A program made the position numbers and the translations under genes. A DNA stretch of 64,000 nt. Origin: a virus. Shown here piece by piece: positions 57,001-64,000 of the stretch. Position 1 is the stretch's first letter. Each line of letters begins with the position of its first letter. Location: positions 33 to 64,032 of the IMG/VR virus record IMGVR_UViG_3300033565_000007, one strand, 5' to 3'. Under the pieces are notes generated by a model. That model did not search any database, was not told where the DNA came from, and saw only the letters and a list, made by a program, of their open reading frames with translations.

Positions 57001-60000
57001 GCGCGACGCCGTTCCGTTCTCCCTTGCCGTCGAGAGTCAGCCGAAACCGGTCGGCGTGCAGACCGGATTGTTCACCGCGGATGGACGGGTCAGCGCCGAG
57101 GCGAAGCCTGTTCGCCCCTTTAACTCCGCGCAAGAGCGCGAGGATGCCATCTATCGCATGCAGGTCATGGCGCGCGATGCCGGGATCGAGTACGCCGAGA
57201 ACACCATAAAGGACGCCATGGAGTTCGGCGCGTCCGAGCAGGAGATGACGACGGCGATCGGCAAAGGTGAGGAAGCCATTCATGCGCTCGCGAACGAGGC
57301 GATGCGCCGCAACAACGGACTCAAGCAAGGATTCGGAAAAGGCAACAACGACCACCTGATCAAGCGCACGCCATTGACGGAACAGGAGCGGAAAGTCTCC
57401 TCGCTGGCGGGCGGGCAGGGTCTATACAATCTGCCGCTAGATCAGCAAGCCAGCCTATTGAAGAAGGCGAAAGCCAAGAGTATCGATGCCTTCGAGTCGA
57501 TGCCTATCTCGGAACGTCAAAAGATCGTTGAGCAATGGCTTGCCGAGCAAGAGCAGACCGCTAAATCCAGGACAGAAGACGCCGTCGCCCAAGCTAACGC
57601 GATCGAGCCGGCCAAGTCCGAGACGCCAATCGAACCCATCACCACGAAACAGAAAGCGCAGGGCATCGGCCAGCCGTCTCAGGTGGCCGATTTCGGGGAA
57701 AAAATCGGCGGCGCGCGCAAGGATACCGCCGTGCCGCTTGGCCGGCGCACGACCTCTACCGCAAACGACGAGCGCCCGGGATGGATGCGTCGTTACCACG
57801 CCGTGCAGATCCTTCCCTCGTCCACGCGGCTGAACAAGCCGAACGTCGGCAAGTGGCAACTCGCGATCGAATCAGGCGGCGCGCGCGGGTCGGTGCGGCC
57901 GGTCTCGTCGAAGGTTTATGACACCGAACAGGAAGCGCTGGCCGCCATTCCGCTCGCCGAGGTTTCGCGTAATCACCGAGCCTATTCCTACGTCCGCGAC
58001 GGCGAAACGAAATGGGGCATCTTCCGCAACATCACTGATCGCAAACGCGCGCTCGTGAAGGGTGGATTCGCGACCTACGAGGACGCGATGAAAGCGATGG
58101 CGACCGACCCTGTCCCGATCATCGAGCACAAGTTCCAATTCCCTGAGCGGCCTTGGCTCGACCGCATCGAGCGTATCGGCCAAGAGCGCCGCACCGGCGA
58201 CGTCACGACGCAGATGTTCCAGGAGACTTTCGGTTTCCGCGGCGGCGAGTTCGGCAACTGGAATATGGGCGGCGACGGCCAGGCGGCATTGAACCATGCC
58301 TATGACGCGCTGCTCGACTTTGCTGAAATCCTCGGCGTGCCGCCCAAGGCGCTTTCGCTCAACGGCGAGCTCGCGATTGCCTTCGGCGCGCGCGGCACCG
58401 GCGGAAAGAATTCGGCGTCCGCGCATTACGAACCTGACCGTGCCGTTTTCAACCTGACCAAGATCAAGGGCGCCGGATCGCTCGCGCATGAATGGTGGCA
58501 TGCCGTCGATCACTATTTCGCCAAGAAGAGCGGGGTCAGGGACAGCAGCAGCGTCATCGCAGGCGGATTTTGGAGCAAGAGCGAAGTTCGTCCGGAACTG
58601 ATGGCGGCGATCAAGAAGGTAATCGACGTCATGAATTACGCCGAGAAATCGACGACGACCGACGCCGACTTGATTCGTGCCAATGCGCAGAAGCGCATGG
58701 ACGGCGCGCTCAAAGACCTCGACTACCGTCTCAACGACCTGCGCAAACCGTACTCGCCGAAGCGCGCCTACACCGCCGACGAGATCAAGAAATGGGATGC
58801 GCTCGTCGAGAAACTGCGCAGCGGCGAGGCGGGCGAAGAGGTCTATATCGAGAACCCAAGCAAGACGCGCGGCGCGATGCGCTTCATGGTCGGATCGAAC
58901 ATCCGCGACCTCAACGTCATCTACAAGGCGGCGACCGGCCGCAGTTTCCTGCGCCAGGACCCGGCGAGCGTCGGCCGGCAGATGGGTTGGACCGTCAAGG
59001 CCATTGCCGACAACAAAGCCAAGCTCGACGTCAAAGAGTCCGTCACCACGACGAGCAAGGGCCGCACCGAGTTCTACATCGAGGCCCGGGCGATCGACAA
59101 TTTCCGCGCCGGCGAATACTGGAGCAAGCCCGAGGAAATGGGCGCGCGCGCCTTCGAGTCCTACGTCTTCGACAAGCTGATCGGCGACCAGAAGCGCAGC
59201 GATTACCTGGTGTATGGCGTCGAGAACCGTTTCTACGCGCTGCTCGACATGAAGCCGTACCCGGAAGGTGAAGAACGCAAGACGATCAACGCTGCCTTCG
59301 ATCGCTTTTTCCAGACGATCGAGACCCGTGAAACCGAGAAGGGCGTCGCGATGGAGTCGCGCGCGGCAAGCCGCCAGACCGAGACGCCAGAGTTCAAGAA
59401 GTGGTTCGGCGACAGCAATGTCGCCGATGCTGAAGGTCGGCCGCTGATCGTCTATCGCGGCGAACACGGCGAGAGCGACGCGCAGTTTCACAGCAAATTG
59501 GGCAGCTTGTCCTTCGGCGACCGGGAAACGGCCAACACCTACGCGACCGACCCGAACGACCATCGCGACACGCCGCACGCGCCGCGCGTGTTTCCGGTCT
59601 ATCTCCGAATCAAAAATCCGTTCGTCGGCAACAAGTACGGCGACCCCTTCCTCGACTTCGACGAGGCCGCGCGCCAACTCGGCCATGATGAAGCCGTGCG
59701 CATCTTCAAGAAGTTTGCCGATCACGTCGAGAACACCGGCAATTGGATGGAAGAAATCAACCCGGACGGGCAGTTCAAGTCGGCGGGCGAATTTCTCGAC
59801 AAGCATCCGAACCGCGCCAGCGAGCTATATTTCAATCTCTATCCGTTCGTGGATGACGCGAGCGAAGTAGCAAAGCTCAAGGCCAAGGGTTTTGACGGCG
59901 CGATTTACGACGGATCAGGCGAAAACGCCGGGGAAACCGAGTATCGAATATTTGACGAGTCGCAGGCAAAATCCGCTATCGGCAACAACGGCAACTTCGA

Positions 60001-63000
60001 CGCCAGCAATTCAGACATCCGCGAATCCGTTTCCGCGCCCGCCGACAAGCCGCCCGCCGCCGCGACCGAATCCGTCAAGGCGATCCGCGCGATCGTCGAC
60101 CAATTCAAGAAGCTATTCAAAGGCGCGGTCGCGCTCAATATCCGCGTCGTCGGATCCACCGAGGAAATTCCCGCACAGTTTCGCCCGAGCCCCTACGCCG
60201 AAGGCGTCTTCCACGACGATGCCGGCCTGATCTACTTGGTCGCCGACAACCTGATGACGGACGGCAAGGCGAACACCCCACGTGCGTTCCAGGTTCTGAT
60301 GCACGAGGCCATCGGACACTTCGGTTTCGCGAAGATGATGGGCGACCGGTTCAAGGGCATTCTCAAGCACGTCCTGCAGGTCGCGCGCGACGCCGGCGTC
60401 AAGGAAGATATCTACGGTCCCGGCGACAAGGAATATGCGACCGTCGAGGCGGTGCGCCTGCGCTATCCCGAAGCTAGCGACGAGGACATCGCGCAAGAGG
60501 TCATCGCGCGCATGGCCGAGTCCGGCGACACGAGTTCGAAGTTCGGCTACGTCCGGGCGGTGATTCGCCAGTGGCTGCGCGACATGGCGCGAGCGCTGGG
60601 TATCACCGTCTCGCTGACGACCGAAGAACTGAACGACCTCGTCAAACTCGCATCGGCCTACATGCGCGAAGGGAAGAACCTCGAAACGTCGTCCGAGCCG
60701 TCGGGTCTTGTGGCGGCGTCGCGGAAGGGTGAGATTGTGCGCGACCGAGAGAATATCGACACCGCGACGCGCCGGATGGATCGGTTCGTTGCTGAATTCG
60801 AATCCGGCCGGCTGAAGGATTCCGACACGCAAGTGCTCGGGACGACGCCGACGGTGCTACAGGCGCTAGGCGCGAAAGACCTGTCGCTGCAGATCGACGG
60901 CGCGACGGTTCGAAAAGTCTTGACTGGCAAGCACAGCCACGACATAACGGCTGCGATGCTGCGCCAACTACCGAACGGCCTCTACAATCCATTGATGGTT
61001 TTTGATAGCGCCACCGGCGCAGGAAAGGTACTCGTCACCGAACTTCAATCCGTCAATGGTAAGCCGGTCGTGGCCGTTGTCCATTTCGAGAAGCGACATG
61101 GCGGCATGATCGTGAATGACGTTGCGAGCGTGCACGAAAAGAGCAGCGCTGAACGCTCTCTGGCATCGTGGATTGATGCCGGACTGCTTCGGTACGTCAG
61201 AAATAAAAATGACCTTTCGGAGTCCGCTACTCGTCATCCGTTGCCTGCGAGCATAGCGAACCTTGTGAAAGGTCAGGAAGCGAACATACTCCAGGAGGCA
61301 GACATTGTCAATGCCTATGGGGCCAAGTACAGTCAAAAAGGACGCCAGGCCAGTGAGGTACGCGAACTATTGTCGCGCAGCTATAACCTTGCGTCCTCAA
61401 ACAAAAACATAGCCCATCCCTCTGAGGTTGTCAATTTGAGCGCCGGGGGCAGTGCGCGGTTCTCTCCCGGTGGCATGGAATCTCGCAGCCACGTCGCTGG
61501 CGACTCCGGCCGCCAGTACAGCGCCGACCAGATCAACACCTTCCGCAAGGTCGGCCGCGAAGTCGAGACGCCGACGGTCAAAGAGCGCATTGCCGGCTTG
61601 TGGCAGGACATCGGCAAGAAGCTGCAGCAGGGCATTGCTGACCAGTTCGCGCCGCTGAAGGAGCTCGGCGGAGACGCCTACCTGCTCTCGCGCATGTCGC
61701 GCGGCGCCGACGGCGCGCTCGAGGCGCTGCTGATGTACGGCCGCGTCTTCCTGCGCGACGGCGTCTATGACGTCGACGTCAAGGACGGCGGCGTGATCGA
61801 CAAGCTCCTGCGCCCGCTCGGCGCCGAAGCCGACGACTTCATCTGGTGGGTCGCCGGCAACCGTGCGGACATCCTGACGAAGGAGTCCGCGGCCGCGCGC
61901 GCCGAGGGAGCCAGGCTGCTCAACCAGGCCGATGTGCTCGAGCAGCAGGCGCGCCAGGCCGACGCCGACGCGAAGCAGATCCTGCAGCAGGCCGGCAACC
62001 TCTCCAAGGGCATGCTGGGTCATCAATACGGCCAGAAGGCGAACGCGCAGCAGGCCGAGGATCTGTTGCGCGAAGCCAAGCGCCTGCGCAAGGCCGCGAT
62101 CGAGGCGCGCACCAAAGGCAACGAGCTCAAGAATGTCAGCCGCGAGAACCTGATGGACGCGAAGGACATCGCCGGACTGAAGGCGCTCGGTACCGGGCAA
62201 CTCGGATTCGACTTCACACTGAGTAATGGCCAGAAGACGCGCGACCGCGCGAAGGCCTATGCCGACGCGAACGCGACGCTGCAGGCGTTCAACAAGTCCG
62301 TCATGGATATGGCCGAGCAATCCGGGCTGATCGACGGCGCCGAGCGCGCGATCTGGGAGCGCGACTTCTACGTCCCGTTCTACCGCGAGAGCGAAGAGGG
62401 CGACAAGCCGAAGTTCCCGAACGTGAAGTCCGGGCTCGTCCGGCAGAAGGCCTTCGACCGGCTGAAGGGCGGCACCGACAAGCTCAATCACGATTTGCTC
62501 GCCAACACGCTGATGAACTGGTCGCACATCCTCAACGCCGCGGCGAAGAACCGCGCGGCGAAGGCGTCTCTGGAGGCGGCCGAACAGATCGGCGCGGCGA
62601 CGCGCCTGCCCGGCAATGAGAAGGGCGCCGTCTCCTTCCGCGATGGCGGCAAAGAGGTCCATTACCAGGTCGACGACCCGTTCATCCTCGACGCCGTCAC
62701 CGCGCTCGAGTTCTCCGGTTTCTCCGGCCCGGCAATGCAGGTCATGGGCGCCTTCAAGCGCTGGCTGACGATGGGCGTCACCGCCAACCCGGCCTTCAAG
62801 ATCCGCAACCTGATCCGCGACTCGATCAGCGCGATCGGCCAGGGCGAGCTCTCCTACAACCCGATCAAGAATATCGTTCAGGGCTACAAGGGCACGAACA
62901 AGAAATCGCAGACCTACGCCTCGCTGCTCGCCGGCGGCGGCATCATCCGCTTCGGCACGATGATCGAGGGCGCACGCGCGAACCACGTTCGCCGCCTCGT

Positions 63001-64000
63001 CGAATCCGGCGTTGACCAGAGCACGATCATCGACAGCGAATCGAAGCTGAAAGCGCTGTGGAAGCGCAAGATCATGCCGATCCTCGATGCCTACAACGAA
63101 CTCGGCGACCGCTCCGAAGGCATCAACCGCGCCGCGCTGTACAAGCAGCTGCGCGCCAAGGGCGTGAGCCACGCCGAGGCGAGCTACGCCGCGCGCGACC
63201 TGCTCGACTTTTCGATGGGCGGCACGTCGTCGGCGATCCGCTTCCTGACGCAGGTCGTCCCGTTCGCGAACGCGCGGATTCAGGGCATCTACAAGCTCGG
63301 CCGCGCCGCCAAGGACAACCCGCGGCGCATGGGCTATGTCGTGGGCGCCGTCGCGCTCGCCAGCCTGGCGCTGCTCGCCGCCTACCACGACGACGACGAC
63401 TGGAAGAAGCGCGAGGACTGGGATCGCGACAATTACTGGTGGTTCAAGATCGGCGGCATCGCCTACCGGATTCCGAAACCCTTCGAAATCGGGACGATCG
63501 GCACGCTCGCCGAGCGCTCGGCCGAACTCCTGTTCGACAAGGAAATGGACGGTCAGCGTTTCGGCAAGCGCCTCGGCTTCATGGTCTCGAGCACGTTCGC
63601 GATGAACCCGGTCCCGCAACTCTTCAAGCCGTTGGTCGATCTCTACGCGAATACCGACAGTTTTACCGGCCGGCCGATCGAGACGATGGGTATGGAGAAG
63701 ATGCAGCCCAAGGACCGTTTCACGGCGCGCACGAGCGAGGCGGCGAAACTCGTCGGCAAAGCCGGCGTCCTGTCGCCGGTGCAAGTCGACCATCTGATCC
63801 GCGGCTATTTTGGCTGGCTGGGCACCGCCTCGGTGTCGGCGGTCGATCAGGTACTCAGGCTAGGCGACGATACGCCGCGGCCCGCCATGGCGCTGCGCGA
63901 TGCCTTCCTCGTCGGGAATTTCGCCGAGACCCTGCCTTCGAACAGCAGTCGCTATGTGACGCAGATGTACGAGCAGTCGAAGGCGATCGAGGAGGCCTAC
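54029..64000 (+). CDS. Giant polyvalent internal virion protein (about 3,408 aa including 1-345); absent from the ORF track because it runs off the window
   Basis: ATG at 54029. Sampled translations in the same frame give InPase-like, FGEKIGGARKD (LPD5), HEWWH, LPD1, ART-like, HEAIGH, MuF-C/BECR-like and LPD38 segments. No plus-strand ORF ending in this frame is listed in the track. Confidence 0.9.
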   Translation, partial: MAQGLERIPLAVDSDFQYQPVRANFPEQKQPEIKFIGFEADQAPVEAVPATKMGLGDTLSSLGRNVWDAVVYHTPAAVAAAIEGDDPFATKDWKDALIERARKREQETSKVGDDKVKTAIPGVSAQDINSVGPSLGFSAVGAGTGLAVGVPAAAAGSVVAPGVGTAAGYSAGMAASGTAAYRMATNQFIRDLHESANEESIKTTGKPISDQAFKDKQAQLADVIKSYGLWEAVPEAAGNALSFGILTAPVKGAIGKLFGKNIATRFAGKAGSLYGEELATETATQMGQHNAEVDAGLSKDPKRDFASASDWAQSAKEVAAPTILQTTLMAGGFKAAHGLANRGAKAEPSVGAPPASSDQPTQPTPLEGEFIGAEPPGGRPQLQTPAIDGEFSTVGELPRLTLPAPADGGPTPRELAAARGLLNHHSRPSPELLQRTLGYDADMAARLYAHWLETDKKQSPIPDSTTQPQGESLGPTSDQAVETQTQRAEEEQAPVVAPPTTLDVLAHGAATSPFNAHPQPSEAQREAGNYRKGHVSIQGLDVSIENPAGSVRSGVDADGKPWQTELQHHYGYLRGTVGRDKDHLDVFIGPNAEAADTAYVIDQINPKTGKFDEHKVLLGAASKQEASEIYHANYQAGWNGLGAITAMPMAEFKNWIRSGDTKAPLAYTDQTARAATPAVETIAGTPASELPDASLQQLAKSSQPAAEKAKRELARRSAPIMRRDDLVGAIMRVTGGNGIAASMSETLIGEKANRVGNLRGLFTQRGQMDMGDLAMLLREEEGYDVRDAAQLEDMIREAAAGNVPISMARQEREKAGNEEKKYRADIRQRAAAFGIKTVGKKHDDLEREVLAREAQEAQDEADAERAAIQAADSGVSDDDINAMLQIAAEDEHESEINQRQYASEDAQADRGRGRADNADAVPANQPSEEQPVRARAGETAAAEARSRVEGRGAEARPDLALAGQTNEEAAAQAAQQDQQETTPSKQQADTERDAVPFSLAVESQPKPVGVQTGLFTADGRVSAEAKPVRPFNSAQEREDAIYRMQVMARDAGIEYAENTIKDAMEFGASEQEMTTAIGKGEEAIHALANEAMRRNNGLKQGFGKGNNDHLIKRTPLTEQERKVSSLAGGQGLYNLPLDQQASLLKKAKAKSIDAFESMPISERQKIVEQWLAEQEQTAKSRTEDAVAQANAIEPAKSETPIEPITTKQKAQGIGQPSQVADFGEKIGGARKDTAVPLGRRTTSTANDERPGWMRRYHAVQILPSSTRLNKPNVGKWQLAIESGGARGSVRPVSSKVYDTEQEALAAIPLAEVSRNHRAYSYVRDGETKWGIFRNITDRKRALVKGGFATYEDAMKAMATDPVPIIEHKFQFPERPWLDRIERIGQERRTGDVTTQMFQETFGFRGGEFGNWNMGGDGQAALNHAYDALLDFAEILGVPPKALSLNGELAIAFGARGTGGKNSASAHYEPDRAVFNLTKIKGAGSLAHEWWHAVDHYFAKKSGVRDSSSVIAGGFWSKSEVRPELMAAIKKVIDVMNYAEKSTTTDADLIRANAQKRMDGALKDLDYRLNDLRKPYSPKRAYTADEIKKWDALVEKLRSGEAGEEVYIENPSKTRGAMRFMVGSNIRDLNVIYKAATGRSFLRQDPASVGRQMGWTVKAIADNKAKLDVKESVTTTSKGRTEFYIEARAIDNFRAGEYWSKPEEMGARAFESYVFDKLIGDQKRSDYLVYGVENRFYALLDMKPYPEGEERKTINAAFDRFFQTIETRETEKGVAMESRAASRQTETPEFKKWFGDSNVADAEGRPLIVYRGEHGESDAQFHSKLGSLSFGDRETANTYATDPNDHRDTPHAPRVFPVYLRIKNPFVGNKYGDPFLDFDEAARQLGHDEAVRIFKKFADHVENTGNWMEEINPDGQFKSAGEFLDKHPNRASELYFNLYPFVDDASEVAKLKAKGFDGAIYDGSGENAGETEYRIFDESQAKSAIGNNGNFDASNSDIRESVSAPADKPPAAATESVKAIRAIVDQFKKLFKGAVALNIRVVGSTEEIPAQFRPSPYAEGVFHDDAGLIYLVADNLMTDGKANTPRAFQVLMHEAIGHFGFAKMMGDRFKGILKHVLQVARDAGVKEDIYGPGDKEYATVEAVRLRYPEASDEDIAQEVIARMAESGDTSSKFGYVRAVIRQWLRDMARALGITVSLTTEELNDLVKLASAYMREGKNLETSSEPSGLVAASRKGEIVRDRENIDTATRRMDRFVAEFESGRLKDSDTQVLGTTPTVLQALGAKDLSLQIDGATVRKVLTGKHSHDITAAMLRQLPNGLYNPLMVFDSATGAGKVLVTELQSVNGKPVVAVVHFEKRHGGMIVNDVASVHEKSSAERSLASWIDAGLLRYVRNKNDLSESATRHPLPASIANLVKGQEANILQEADIVNAYGAKYSQKGRQASEVRELLSRSYNLASSNKNIAHPSEVVNLSAGGSARFSPGGMESRSHVAGDSGRQYSADQINTFRKVGREVETPTVKERIAGLWQDIGKKLQQGIADQFAPLKELGGDAYLLSRMSRGADGALEALLMYGRVFLRDGVYDVDVKDGGVIDKLLRPLGAEADDFIWWVAGNRADILTKESAAARAEGARLLNQADVLEQQARQADADAKQILQQAGNLSKGMLGHQYGQKANAQQAEDLLREAKRLRKAAIEARTKGNELKNVSRENLMDAKDIAGLKALGTGQLGFDFTLSNGQKTRDRAKAYADANATLQAFNKSVMDMAEQSGLIDGAERAIWERDFYVPFYRESEEGDKPKFPNVKSGLVRQKAFDRLKGGTDKLNHDLLANTLMNWSHILNAAAKNRAAKASLEAAEQIGAATRLPGNEKGAVSFRDGGKEVHYQVDDPFILDAVTALEFSGFSGPAMQVMGAFKRWLTMGVTANPAFKIRNLIRDSISAIGQGELSYNPIKNIVQGYKGTNKKSQTYASLLAGGGIIRFGTMIEGARANHVRRLVESGVDQSTIIDSESKLKALWKRKIMPILDAYNELGDRSEGINRAALYKQLRAKGVSHAEASYAARDLLDFSMGGTSSAIRFLTQVVPFANARIQGIYKLGRAAKDNPRRMGYVVGAVALASLALLAAYHDDDDWKKREDWDRDNYWWFKIGGIAYRIPKPFEIGTIGTLAERSAELLFDKEMDGQRFGKRLGFMVSSTFAMNPVPQLFKPLVDLYANTDSFTGRPIETMGMEKMQPKDRFTARTSEAAKLVGKAGVLSPVQVDHLIRGYFGWLGTASVSAVDQVLRLGDDTPRPAMALRDAFLVGNFAETLPSNSSRYVTQMYEQSKAIEEAY
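63911..64000. repeat. Terminal direct repeat, copy 2
   Basis: Identical to 1-90 (gtcgggaatttcgccgag...gaggaggcctac). Confidence 0.97.

Noticed and set aside
57872-63793. 644-aa and 798-aa minus-strand ORFs
   Set aside because: Shadows of the giant plus-strand gene, which carries the recognisable domains.

Overview
The window is essentially one complete, circularly permuted temperate phage genome of about 63.9 kb: bases 1-90 are repeated exactly at 63911-64000, and one ORF runs through that junction. GC content is high. The structural module is podovirus-like and of the 933W/Stx2-phage type: an N4-gp56-family major capsid protein, a portal of about 800 aa and a giant ejected protein. Gene order is lambdoid: an intact attP (3' half of tRNA-Asn) with integrase; a leftward early operon (C5 MTase, YqaJ exonuclease, annealing protein); a cI/cro switch with identifiable operators; a rightward replication/nin region (initiator with iterons, two amino-MTases, RuvC-like resolvase, Q-like gene); then packaging, lysis, head, tail and ejection genes. 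A betaproteobacterial host is inferred from the att sequence and GC only. Most notable: (1) about 1 kb of heavily structured non-coding sequence in the late leader, holding two homologous long helices that flank small conserved genes; (2) two homologous late promoter/hairpin/terminator cassettes 9.4 kb apart; (3) an injected polyvalent protein of about 3,400 aa with pyrophosphatase-like, two zincin, ADP-ribosyltransferase and RNase-like domains; (4) several candidate anti-defence or nucleotide-handling genes, including a three-gene block inside the lysis cassette; (5) an excisionase-like/GIY-YIG fusion beside attP. All family assignments are by motif recognition, with no database search. No CRISPR array, reverse transcriptase/DGR or full-length tRNA was seen.
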